From contig AP038806.1 in the NCBI GenBank assembly GCA_047150005.1, forward strand, positions 2,656,001 through 2,720,000: a stretch of 64,000 bases of DNA. Direction: 5' to 3'. The notes beneath the pieces were generated by a model. The model searched no databases and had not been told where the DNA came from. It saw only the letters and a program-made list of their open reading frames with translations. Shown piece by piece: positions 47,685-56,685 of this stretch. Source of the DNA: Nitrospira sp. Lineage in GTDB: Bacteria > Nitrospirota > Nitrospiria > Nitrospirales > Nitrospiraceae. The position numbers and the translations under genes were made by a program. Positions within the stretch are counted from its first letter, which is position 1. The number at the start of each line of letters is the position of its first letter.

Positions 47685-49088
47685 TTATCGAGGTACCCAC
47701 GGTCTCGGCAAACGATTGATGCCGTCGAGCGCGGCGACCTTGTAACATTCGGCGAGCGTCGGGTAGTTGAAGACCGTATCGATGAAGTAGTTGATCTGCC
47801 CCCGGTAGGCCATGACGGCCTGTCCGATGTGAATCAGCTCGGTGGATCCCTCTCCGATGGCATGGACGCCGAGAAGTTGGCGGGTCTGCCGGTGGAACAG
47901 CAGTTTGAGCAACCCGGTTTCGTCGCCGATGATTTGGCCCCTCGCGATTTCACGATACCGCGCGATCCCGATGCCGTACGGGATGTCCGCCTTCGTGAGA
48001 TCTTCCTCGTTGCGTCCCACCATGGAGATTTCCGGGATGGAATAAATCCCGTAGGGAAGCAGTTCCGTGTCGGTCCCGTCCGGAGCCCCGAAGGCATGGC
48101 AGGACGCGTGACGGCCCTGTTGCATCGACGTGGACGCCAGGGCGGGAAAACCGATCACGTCCCCGACCGCATAGACATGGGGAATCGTTGTTTGAAAGTG
48201 TTCATTGACGCTCAAGCGGCCGCGGCTGTCCGGGTTGAGCCCCACCGCACTGAGATTAAGACCCTGGGTCGCGCCCACGCGGCCGATCGCGTACATGAGC
48301 GTGGTGGCCGCGATCGGGCCGGCATGCCGGAGTTCGACGTGAATCAGACCGTCTTGCTGCTTGTGGATCGAGACGACTTCCTCGTTGTGGCAGAGCGTGA
48401 CACCGATTTCCTTCATCTGCCGTTGCAGCGCCTGGATGATTTCCGCGTCCACGAACTCCAGGAGTCTGGGACGTTTGTCGATCAGGGTAACCGGCACGCC
48501 TAGAGCCGCGAGCATCGAGGCGTACTCCGTTCCGATGACTCCTCCCCCCACGATGACGATGGACTTGGGGATGTGCTTGAGTGTCAACAGCTCGTCGGTG
48601 TCGATGATGGATTCGTGATCGAAGGGAACTTCGGCCGGCTTGGCCGGCTCCGATCCCACGGCGATGACGATGAAGTCGGCCTCGTGCTCGACCCACTCTC
48701 CGCCCGTCTGGGTGATGCGCAGCCGGTGGGAATCGACGAAGCTCGCGGTTCCGTAGATCATGTCCACGCGGTTGCGCGCCATCTGGTTCTCGACGATCTC
48801 GATCTCGTTCTTGACGACGTGATTGGTGCGAAAGGCAAGGTCTTCGATGGTGATGGTCGTCTTCAGCCGATAGTCGGCTCCGTACATGCTCCGCTGACGA
48901 AAGCCGGACAGGTAGAGGACCGCTTCGCGGAGGGATTTACTCGGAATGGTTCCGGTGTTGATGCAGACGCCGCCGACGACCTCCTTGCGTTCCACGATCC
49001 CGACTTTCTTACCGAGCTTGGCCGCCTGCACGGCGGCTTTTTGTCCCGCGGGGCCTGTGCCGATCACCAGGAGGTCGTAACGACTCAT
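47685..49088 (-). CDS. sthA: Soluble (Si-specific) NAD(P)+ transhydrogenase
   Basis: GGVCINTGTIPSKSLRE, GFPALASTSM, ELIHIGQ, FNYPTLAECYKVAA. Confidence 0.92.
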   Translation of the reverse strand: MSRYDLLVIGTGPAGQKAAVQAAKLGKKVGIVERKEVVGGVCINTGTIPSKSLREAVLYLSGFRQRSMYGADYRLKTTITIEDLAFRTNHVVKNEIEIVENQMARNRVDMIYGTASFVDSHRLRITQTGGEWVEHEADFIVIAVGSEPAKPAEVPFDHESIIDTDELLTLKHIPKSIVIVGGGVIGTEYASMLAALGVPVTLIDKRPRLLEFVDAEIIQALQRQMKEIGVTLCHNEEVVSIHKQQDGLIHVELRHAGPIAATTLMYAIGRVGATQGLNLSAVGLNPDSRGRLSVNEHFQTTIPHVYAVGDVIGFPALASTSMQQGRHASCHAFGAPDGTDTELLPYGIYSIPEISMVGRNEEDLTKADIPYGIGIARYREIARGQIIGDETGLLKLLFHRQTRQLLGVHAIGEGSTELIHIGQAVMAYRGQINYFIDTVFNYPTLAECYKVAALDGINRLPRPWVPR

Positions 49089-49144
49089 CGGATGCCTTGG
49101 TTCGTGTTCGGATGTAAGGTTGGTGTGGCCGGGGACCCCTGTGG

Positions 49145-49807
49145 TCAATTCGCCGTAATCAGCGACCGCGCCACGTTAAAAGATTCTTCCATGTCCGGCA
49201 GCTGGCCCAGTTCTGGGGTGACCTGGATATATCGGACTTTATTGTGCGAATCCACCACCATGACGGCTCGGGCCAGGATGTGGGGGTCCTTCAGGAACAG
49301 CCCGTAAGTCTTTCCGAAGTCGGCGCTCCTATAGTCCGACAGAAACGTGACGTTGGTGATCTTGGCTTCGGTCGCAAATCGCTTCTGGGCAAACGGCGTG
49401 TCGATGCTGACGGTGATCAGTTCGACCATCCGGTCCAGTCCCTTGTTCTGCTCACTGAGAATGTGTGTCTGCTGTTCGCAGACCTTGGTATCCAGTGACG
49501 GCACGACGCTGATGATGCGGACCTTGCCCTTGCCTTTGGTCTCCGCGATATTGACGAGCGAGAGATCGGTCTGGACCACCTTGACGTCACGCAACTGGTC
49601 GCCGATCTTGATCCCGGTGCCGGTCAAGACCACCGGGCTGCCTTTGTAGAGGACCGTGTGGCCCTCCCCCGCCTGTACCGTTCCGTCCGCGACGGGAAGG
49701 TTCTTGTACATGAAGACAGAGCCCGATCCGGACCGTGCACAGCCCGAAACGGCGAGCGCGACGATCATCAGCAGAAGCAGCCGTCGGCGAATAATCGTGA
49801 CGCTCAT
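49145..49807 (-). CDS. tpx: Thiol peroxidase (Tpx family), lipoprotein
   Basis: VPSLDTKVC, SIDTPFAQKRF, LARAV; lipobox VSGC. Confidence 0.88.
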   Translation of the reverse strand: MSVTIIRRRLLLLMIVALAVSGCARSGSGSVFMYKNLPVADGTVQAGEGHTVLYKGSPVVLTGTGIKIGDQLRDVKVVQTDLSLVNIAETKGKGKVRIISVVPSLDTKVCEQQTHILSEQNKGLDRMVELITVSIDTPFAQKRFATEAKITNVTFLSDYRSADFGKTYGLFLKDPHILARAVMVVDSHNKVRYIQVTPELGQLPDMEESFNVARSLITAN

Positions 49808-49823
49808 ACGATCCTCCGTTCGA

Positions 49824-50801
49824 TTATGACTCCGTGGTCGGCGATGTGAGAAATTCCATTATAGCCTGATTCGCCTGTTCCGGCTGTTCCCATTGTGGAA
49901 TATGTCCGGCCCGAGGGATGATGACCAGTTTCGATCCCTTAATGGTCCGGTGCAAATCTTCGCCGACGGCAATGGGGAAGACCCGATCTTCCTGGCCCCA
50001 GAGAATCAGGGTCGGATGGGTTACGGTTCCGAGTCGCGGTGCGAAATCGGCTTCCCACACCGGCAGACTGTCCCGCAAGGCCATCAACGGCGGGATGATA
50101 CCCGACCGCCGGCGGTTCCGATTCGACCGTTCGAGCACGGCGGGTGTCAGGAGGGCCGGATCGTGGACGATTTCCTTCAAGACCGATTCGACCATCAGTC
50201 CGCCGAAGAGCCAATTGCCGAAGGAAACCATCCAGGACGGTGCCCGGGATTCCAGTGCCCGTTTGATCGTCGGACTCGTGAGTTTGTTCGTCACCTGGTT
50301 CGGTAGACCGTCGATGAGGATCAGTTTGTCGACGCGCTCCGGACGGGTCAAGGCCATACCGATGGCCAGTCCGGCCCCCATCGAATTGCCGACGAGGGTG
50401 GCGCGAGATAGATGCAAGGCGTCCATGAATCCCGCAAAGTAGTCGAGCAACTGTTCGGGCGTATAAGCGATATCCGGCTTATCGGAGAGCCCGGAGCCGA
50501 TCAGATCCGGGGTGATCAGGCGCACGTGCCGTCCCAGGACAGGCTGTTGATGTTCCCACTGCCACATGGATCCGCCGAAGCCGTGAATGAGGATCACCGG
50601 GGCGCCCTGTCCGATGTCCAGATAGGCGATCCTGTGTCCGTGGATCACGACGGTGTGGACGGGAATGCGTGCGAAGGCGTCGAACTGGGCCGGGATCGGA
50701 GTGGGCGATGAACAGGCGGTCATCGGCAGCCAGAACAGCAGCGTGGTCAGAAGCCGAAGGAGGCCGACAGGGGCCGGGCTGGCGGTACCAAACGGCGAAA
50801 T
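49824..50801 (-). CDS. Alpha/beta hydrolase lipoprotein (start possibly ATT at 50801; first ATG at 50723)
   Basis: IHGFGG, DLIGSGLS, GNSMG, WGQEDR, GHIP; signal h-region lies upstream of the first ATG. Confidence 0.85.
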   Translation of the reverse strand: MSPFGTASPAPVGLLRLLTTLLFWLPMTACSSPTPIPAQFDAFARIPVHTVVIHGHRIAYLDIGQGAPVILIHGFGGSMWQWEHQQPVLGRHVRLITPDLIGSGLSDKPDIAYTPEQLLDYFAGFMDALHLSRATLVGNSMGAGLAIGMALTRPERVDKLILIDGLPNQVTNKLTSPTIKRALESRAPSWMVSFGNWLFGGLMVESVLKEIVHDPALLTPAVLERSNRNRRRSGIIPPLMALRDSLPVWEADFAPRLGTVTHPTLILWGQEDRVFPIAVGEDLHRTIKGSKLVIIPRAGHIPQWEQPEQANQAIMEFLTSPTTES

Positions 50802-50804
50802 GGT

Positions 50805-52760
50805 CTACTCCAGCTGAATGAGGGTCTCGTCGGTCCGCACGTTTTCCCCTTCCTCGACCAGAATCCCCGTCACCGTCCCGTCGATCGGTGCAGGGACCTG
50901 ACTCTCCATCTTCATGGCCTCGATGATGAGCAGAGGGTCTCCGGTCGCGACGCGATCATCTTTGGCGACCAGGATTTTGACGACACGACCCGGCATCGGC
51001 GGAGCGACATCGCCGGGTTTGGCCGGTTTGGGTCGTTTGGGTTTGGCGCCGCTCGCGGTCTCCGCGGCCTCCGGAGTGCCGGCCAGGACCTCCTGGATCG
51101 CTTCGAGGGACACCTCTTCGAGCTTGTCGTTGACTCGGATGTAATAAGGCTTGCGTCCGTCGACTTTGCGTCCGGATCCGGACACCTTCACGTGATAGGT
51201 TTCGCCATGGACGGTCACATTGAATTCCACCGGAGCCAAGTGGAGCTCGCCCGCGACGGCCGGACCTTTCGGCAGACTTCCCTCTAGCGGCTCAGGCACC
51301 AGGTCGCCCTTCTCGCGGGCCTCAAAGAAGTCGCGGGCGATGGCGGGAAAGAGGACGAACGACAGGTGATCCTCGACCGTGTCGGCGGACGCGGGCAGAT
51401 CCTTCCTGGTCGCTTCCATTTCCGGTTCCAGTCGATCCGCGGGTCTGGTCTTGATCGGTTCTTCGTCGCCGATGGCGCGGGCCATGACGTCGTGGGCCAC
51501 CTGCCCCGGCGCGCGACCGTACAGACCAAGAAAATAGTTCTTTGTCTCGTTCGTGATGACCTTGTAGCGTTCGCCGGTCAGCACGTTCAGGGTCGCTTGG
51601 GTGCCGACGATCTGGCTGGTCGGCGTGACGAGCGGCGGATAGCCCATGTCTTTCCTGACCCGGGGCACCTCGTCGAGCACTTCCTTCATACGGTCGAGTG
51701 CGTTTTGCTCGGAGAGCTGCGCGGCGAGATTGGACAGCATGCCCCCGGGAATCTGGGAGGTAAGAATCTCGGCGTCGACGCCCGTGACGTCACTTTCGAA
51801 CTGTCGATATTTCCGACGCACCGTGCGGAAGTGGTCGGCGATCGGTTGAAGGGCCGTGAGATCGAGTTTGGTGTCGTACGGCGTGCGCCGCAGGGAGGCC
51901 ACGATCGACTCGGTCGGCGGATGGGACGCCCCGCCGGCGAGGGGGGAAATGGCAGTGTCGACCATATCGAGGCCTGCCAGAACGGCCATGAGCGCGGACA
52001 TCGTGCCCATGCCGGAGGTGTAGTGGGAATGCAGATGGATAGGCACACCGACCGCCTGCTTCAGGCTCTTGACGAGCATATAGGCGTCTATCGGAGCCAG
52101 CAGTCCGGCCATGTCCTTGATGCAGATCGTGTCGGACCCGAGGTCCTCCAACCGTTTGCCCATTTCGACGAATCCTTCCAGCCGATGGACGGGACTCACC
52201 GTGTAGGAGATGGCCGCCTCGACGTGTTTCCCGCAGGCTTTGACCTCCTGGATCGCCCGTTCGAGATTGCGGATGTCGTTAAGCGCGTCGAAGATGCGGA
52301 AGACGTCGATGCCGTTGGCGGCGGACCGCTCGATGAACCGGTCCAGCACGTCGTCCGCATAGTGCCGGTATCCGACGATGTTTTGCCCGCGGAGGAGCAT
52401 TTGCAGCTTGGTGTTCGGCATCGCGGCGCGCAACGCCCGCAGCCGTTCCCAGGGATCTTCCTTGAGGAAGCGCAGACATGTATCGAAGGTGGCGCCGCCC
52501 CAGACTTCCAACGACCAGAATCCGACCGCATCCAGCTTTTGGGCGATCGGCAGCATGTCCTCGGTCCGCATGCGCGTGGCGAGGAGGCATTGATGTCCGT
52601 CGCGCAAGGCCACTTCGGTCACACGCACCTGCTTCCCCGCCGCCGGCTGAATCGGCCAATCCTGTTTCAGAAGGGACCGTTTCTTCGGCGTCCTGGCCGT
52701 AGGGGCATGGGGACGTTTCTTGTGCGTCGGCTTCTTTCCGGATGACCGTTTCGTAGCCAT
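50805..52760 (-). CDS. pycB: Biotin-dependent pyruvate / 2-oxoglutarate carboxylase, carboxyltransferase plus biotin-carrier subunit
   Basis: LRDGHQ, WGGATFD, EDPWERL, IKDMAG, HLHSH, IPGGM, VTPTSQ, EAMKM biotin site. Confidence 0.9.
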   Translation of the reverse strand: MATKRSSGKKPTHKKRPHAPTARTPKKRSLLKQDWPIQPAAGKQVRVTEVALRDGHQCLLATRMRTEDMLPIAQKLDAVGFWSLEVWGGATFDTCLRFLKEDPWERLRALRAAMPNTKLQMLLRGQNIVGYRHYADDVLDRFIERSAANGIDVFRIFDALNDIRNLERAIQEVKACGKHVEAAISYTVSPVHRLEGFVEMGKRLEDLGSDTICIKDMAGLLAPIDAYMLVKSLKQAVGVPIHLHSHYTSGMGTMSALMAVLAGLDMVDTAISPLAGGASHPPTESIVASLRRTPYDTKLDLTALQPIADHFRTVRRKYRQFESDVTGVDAEILTSQIPGGMLSNLAAQLSEQNALDRMKEVLDEVPRVRKDMGYPPLVTPTSQIVGTQATLNVLTGERYKVITNETKNYFLGLYGRAPGQVAHDVMARAIGDEEPIKTRPADRLEPEMEATRKDLPASADTVEDHLSFVLFPAIARDFFEAREKGDLVPEPLEGSLPKGPAVAGELHLAPVEFNVTVHGETYHVKVSGSGRKVDGRKPYYIRVNDKLEEVSLEAIQEVLAGTPEAAETASGAKPKRPKPAKPGDVAPPMPGRVVKILVAKDDRVATGDPLLIIEAMKMESQVPAPIDGTVTGILVEEGENVRTDETLIQLE

Positions 52761-52803
52761 GGCCTCTCGCTTAGATCATGAACAATCGGAAGGCGCTGAC
52801 GGG

Positions 52804-54228
52804 TTACAGCCCTTCATAGGCCGCAATGGCGGCGGCGAGCGCGAGGACGAGATCCTCCGGCTGCTCGATTTCGTCGTAGGTGTACAAGTCCGGATGCGTG
52901 TCGAGATAGGAGGTGTCGAACCGGCCGGCGAGAAAATCCTGATCCTGCATGATCGCCTTCATGAAGGGGATGGTCGTCTTGACCCCCCGCAACACGTATT
53001 CCTCGAGGGACCGGCGCATCCGGCTCACAGTCTCTTCCCAGGTGCGGCCTCGCACGGTGAGTTTGGCGAGCAGGGCGTCGTAATACGGCGGAACGGTGTA
53101 GTCCTTATAGACGGCGCCGTCGATCCGGACGCCGATCCCTCCCGGCGAGAGATAGGCCGTCACGGTTCCGGTACAGGGCATGAAATTGTTCTTCGGATCC
53201 TCTGCGTTGATCCGGCATTGGATGGCGTGCCCCTGGAGGATGACGTCCTTCTGTTGAATGTCGAGCGGCTTGCCGGCGGCGATGGCAATCTGGTTGCGGA
53301 CGATGTCGATCGCGGTGATCTGCTCCGTCACCGTGTGCTCGACCTGAAGGCGGGGATTCATCTCGATGAAGTAGAAGCGGCCATCCTGGTCGAGGAGAAA
53401 CTCCACCGTCCCTGCGTTGTCGTAGTTGACCGCGCGCGCGATCGCCGTGGCGGCTTTCCCCATCTCGGTCCGGAGTTTGGGCGTCAGGACGAGGGAGGGC
53501 GCGATCTCGATCAACTTCTGATGCCGGCGCTGAATCGAGCAATCCCGCTCGCCCAGGTGAATGATGTTGCCGTGGCGGTCGGCCAGGATCTGGAACTCGA
53601 TGTGATGGGGCCGCTCGATGTATTTTTCGATGAACAGGCTGCCGTCGCCGAATGAGGCCAGGGCTTCCCGTGCCGCCACTTCCATGTTTTCACGCAGTTC
53701 GGCGTCCGAGCGCACGACGCGGAGGCCCCGGCCGCCGCCGCCGGCACTGGCCTTGATGATGACCGGATATCCGGCTTGTTTGGCGAAGGCGAGGCCCTCC
53801 CTGGCGTCCGTGACCCCGCCGTCGGTTCCAGGGACGATGGGTACGCCGATCTTGCGGGCCAGCTCACGAGCTTTGACCTTGCTGCCCATGGTCGTAATGG
53901 CCAGGGGAGACGGACCGATGAACGTAATGCCTGAGGCGTCGCACAGCTCGGCGAACTGCGCGTTTTCGGAGAGAAATCCGTAGCCAGGGTGGATGGCGTC
54001 GGCGCCGATGCGTTTGGCCAACTCGACGATCTGATGGCTGTCGAGAAAGCCTTTGACCGGACCAGGTCCCACGAGGTAAGCCTCGTCGGCCTTCTTGACG
54101 TAGATTCCGGTGGAATCGGCTTCGGAATAGATGGCGGCGGTGGCGATATTCAGCTCGCGGCATCCGCGGATGATGCGCATGGCGATTTCACCGCGATTGG
54201 CGACCAGAATCTTTCGAAACATCTTCAT
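52804..54228 (-). CDS. pycA: Biotin carboxylase subunit of the same carboxylase
   Basis: ANRGEIA, HPGYGFLSENA, GGGGRG, ERDCSIQRRHQK, EMNPRLQVEH. Confidence 0.9.
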   Translation of the reverse strand: MKMFRKILVANRGEIAMRIIRGCRELNIATAAIYSEADSTGIYVKKADEAYLVGPGPVKGFLDSHQIVELAKRIGADAIHPGYGFLSENAQFAELCDASGITFIGPSPLAITTMGSKVKARELARKIGVPIVPGTDGGVTDAREGLAFAKQAGYPVIIKASAGGGGRGLRVVRSDAELRENMEVAAREALASFGDGSLFIEKYIERPHHIEFQILADRHGNIIHLGERDCSIQRRHQKLIEIAPSLVLTPKLRTEMGKAATAIARAVNYDNAGTVEFLLDQDGRFYFIEMNPRLQVEHTVTEQITAIDIVRNQIAIAAGKPLDIQQKDVILQGHAIQCRINAEDPKNNFMPCTGTVTAYLSPGGIGVRIDGAVYKDYTVPPYYDALLAKLTVRGRTWEETVSRMRRSLEEYVLRGVKTTIPFMKAIMQDQDFLAGRFDTSYLDTHPDLYTYDEIEQPEDLVLALAAAIAAYEGL

Positions 54229-54339
54229 CCAGCTTCCCGGAATTCCGTGTCCGCAGAATTCCTTGGTCGGCCCAAAAGGAGCGGATACGCTAGCATAGGT
54301 GGAAGAGGTCTGTCGAGGGAGTCGAGGGAAGGCGGGGAT

Positions 54340-54375
54340 AAAAGAGCCCGGAAAATCGTGGTGATTTTCCGGACC
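54340..54375 (-). terminator. Intrinsic terminator after the IPT/TIG gene
   Basis: CCGGAAAATC/GATTTTCCGG 10-bp stem followed by GCTCTTTT on the minus strand. Confidence 0.7.
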
Positions 54376-54381
54376 CGCGAC

Positions 54382-54849
54382 CTACTTCGACTTGATGAGG
54401 AGGGGTTTCGACTGGGCGCTGCCGCCGCCGGCGACGATAATCAGGAACGACATCCCGGCCTTGGCTTCCGGAACGGTCGCTTCAATCGTCGAGTCGTTGA
54501 CGAACTTGTAGTCGACCGGCGCCTTGGGCGATGCGCTGAAGGTGACGGTATGGAAGCACTCCTTCGTGCCGAAATTTTCTCCGGAGATCACCACCTTGTC
54601 GCCGGGCTTGGCCTCGTCCGGTTCGACTTTGGCAATGCGCGGCCGTTTGCTGCGGTCGCAGACCGGATCCTTATCGAGCTTTTCCGTGTCGGATCCTTTG
54701 ATCGACTCCATGTCGAAAAGCGTAAAGCCCGCTCCTTCCACAATCGCGCCTTTCCCGCTCTCGTCCGCCCGAGGCGTCGAGACGGGGACCAGCAGCATGA
54801 ATCCGGTCAGCGTCATCATCATGAGGCCCGATGATCGCCACGTCTGCAT
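54382..54849 (-). CDS. Exported IPT/TIG-domain protein
   Basis: AGGAGG RBS; signal peptide; PRIAKVEP..GDKVVISGENF...IEATVP. Confidence 0.8.
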   Translation of the reverse strand: MQTWRSSGLMMMTLTGFMLLVPVSTPRADESGKGAIVEGAGFTLFDMESIKGSDTEKLDKDPVCDRSKRPRIAKVEPDEAKPGDKVVISGENFGTKECFHTVTFSASPKAPVDYKFVNDSTIEATVPEAKAGMSFLIIVAGGGSAQSKPLLIKSK

Positions 54850-54877
54850 AAGACCCTCCTTGCTATAAAAAACGAGA

Positions 54878-55762
54878 TTAGTTCCGTATCACAGGAACGT
54901 ACGCTTCCGTAACGATCTGTTGTCCGGGGGGCGAGAGGGCAAATTGGATGAAGGCCTCGACCAGCGGGTTCGGCTCCTTCCGCGAGAGCAATAAGACCGG
55001 CCTGCGCAAGGGGTAGCGGCCATCCTTGACGGTGGGTATCTCAGGCTCCACATTGTCGATCGGGAGGAGGCGAACCGCCACGCCCCCGGACACCACCGAC
55101 AGCCCTTGGCTCAGGGAGATATAAGCCACGGCCGACAAGGGAGGTAAGGTGCCGACGACCGTCTTGACGACCTTGTCGTCCCTGGCGATGACCTTGGCGG
55201 TATCCGGGATCTTTCCTGTAATGCCGAGCTGCGATTCAAAGGCGTCGCGGACATTTTGATTCCGTGGCCGGTTGATCAACAGGATTTTGGTTTCTGGACC
55301 GCCGAGTTCCGACCATTCTTTGACTTTCCCGGAAAAGATGTCGGCGACCTGCTGCTTGGTGATCTCTTTCGTGAAGTTCGACAAGTGCACCAGAATTCCG
55401 ATGCCGTCCCATGCGATCTGCGTCGCGGCAAGTGCGCCGTCTTCGGCGCCCGTGACGGCCAGGTGCGCTTCTCCCGTTCGCACCATTTCGACGGCTTTCG
55501 AGTGATCGTCCCAGACGATGTCCACATACGCGCGCGGGTTCGCCTTTTCGAACGCACGCACCAGGAGTTCGATGATGGACTGCTCTGGGCCGTTGCCTGC
55601 GATGATCAGGTTGCCGGAGACTTCGGCCGGCGAAAGGCGGATGCCGGTGAAGGTCAGGAGCAAACCGAGCCCCAGACCGACAAGGAGGCCCCGGGAAGCG
55701 ACCGCCGCCGGTCGAGGGCTGAACATCGGGTCGAGGAGCCTGCGCGTCGCTGATCCGGGCAT
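54878..55762 (-). CDS. PstS-like periplasmic substrate-binding protein (orphan; start 55762 or 55726)
   Basis: IAWDGIGILVH, DIFSGKVKEWSELGG, YPLRRP. Confidence 0.82.
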   Translation of the reverse strand: MPGSATRRLLDPMFSPRPAAVASRGLLVGLGLGLLLTFTGIRLSPAEVSGNLIIAGNGPEQSIIELLVRAFEKANPRAYVDIVWDDHSKAVEMVRTGEAHLAVTGAEDGALAATQIAWDGIGILVHLSNFTKEITKQQVADIFSGKVKEWSELGGPETKILLINRPRNQNVRDAFESQLGITGKIPDTAKVIARDDKVVKTVVGTLPPLSAVAYISLSQGLSVVSGGVAVRLLPIDNVEPEIPTVKDGRYPLRRPVLLLSRKEPNPLVEAFIQFALSPPGQQIVTEAYVPVIRN

Positions 55763-55764
55763 GC

Positions 55765-56088
55765 TCAGCTTTCTTGAGAAGGCTTGGGGGTTGACGGGGG
55801 GGGCTCGAGGCTGGAAAACAGGTCGGGAGGCGGCATCGTTCTGGTACCCATCACCGGGGGGAGCTTCGAGAACTTGTCCATGCGCTCGTTCAGCATGTTA
55901 TACGCTTTCATCTCGGCAAACCCCGGCTTGTGCGACCCGACGACCTTGGAGGCAAACGACGACAGCAATTTTGTCGCATCCTGGGCCTGACAGAAGGGAC
56001 ACACGGTGTCCTCCGCCCGTGCGTGGACCGACTGAGTCGCTTCAAAGACTTTTTCGCACTGGCCGCAACGGTATTCATAGATGGGCAT
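55765..56088 (-). CDS. FmdB-family zinc-ribbon protein
   Basis: MPIYEYRCGQC...CPFC..KLLS; AGGAG RBS. Confidence 0.88.
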   Translation of the reverse strand: MPIYEYRCGQCEKVFEATQSVHARAEDTVCPFCQAQDATKLLSSFASKVVGSHKPGFAEMKAYNMLNERMDKFSKLPPVMGTRTMPPPDLFSSLEPPPSTPKPSQES

Positions 56089-56128
56089 GTGTTCGCTCCT
56101 GCTGGAGAATCCGCGTCGGTATCGACTC

Positions 56129-56162
56129 TTGACCGGCTGTCGAACGATGCCGTATTGTACCA
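56129..56162. promoter_or_regulatory. Overlapping divergent promoters
   Basis: Plus strand TTGACC-N18-TATTGT; minus strand extended -10 TGGTACAAT at 56154-56162. Confidence 0.5.
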
Positions 56163-56219
56163 CACCTGCCTGGTTCGGAGACTAGGGGTATGCGGAGCGA
56201 GTTTTGAGGAGGGTGTGCG

Positions 56220-56396
56220 ATGGCGGTGCTGATTCGGCGGTACAAGGGCCATAACGGGATGATGCAGGAAGAGCGGATCGACGACGACGATCGGATCGAG
56301 CGCTATTTTCGCCTGTTCGAGAAAGACGACGTCAAGAAACTCGAAACCGGGGTGAAGGTATTCATTGAAAAGGATGAGTGGCAGCTCCTTCCGTAA
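56220..56396 (+). CDS. 58-aa charged hypothetical protein (not in ORF track)
   Basis: GAGGAGG RBS; MAVLIRRYKGHNGMMQEERIDDDDRIERYFRLFEKDDVKKLETGVKVFIEKDEWQLLP*. Confidence 0.75.
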   Translation: MAVLIRRYKGHNGMMQEERIDDDDRIERYFRLFEKDDVKKLETGVKVFIEKDEWQLLP

Positions 56397-56424
56397 GGCA
56401 CGGCCCACCCTCTTCTGACCCCTC

Positions 56425-56628
56425 GTGATCTATTGGATTCACATCGCGCGCTCAATCGATCGTGTGACGTTGCACAATGAGCGCTGTTCCGAGGTGCCGT
56501 CGACGCAATCGTCCACCGACTATTGGGCCGGTGGATGGTTCGACTACCCGGACAAGGAGCGCGCGCTGGCGGCGATGGAGCAGGCGGGCACCACCGACCA
56601 GCGGCGGTGCCCGCTCTGCAAACCGTAA
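56425..56628 (+). CDS. 67-aa protein with H-x3-C and C-terminal CxxC (putative Zn finger)
   Basis: LHNERC ... CPLCKP. Confidence 0.65.
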   Translation: MIYWIHIARSIDRVTLHNERCSEVPSTQSSTDYWAGGWFDYPDKERALAAMEQAGTTDQRRCPLCKP

Positions 56629-56639
56629 CTAAGCAGGGT

Positions 56640-56675
56640 AAGTGCTGTGTGCTGAACACTCAAGTCTCAGCACTT
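56640..56675. repeat. Inverted TCAGCAC-type heptamer hairpin
   Basis: AAGTGCTG TGTGCTGA ... TCAAGTC TCAGCACTT. Confidence 0.75.
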
Positions 56676-56685
56676 CTTCAAATCC

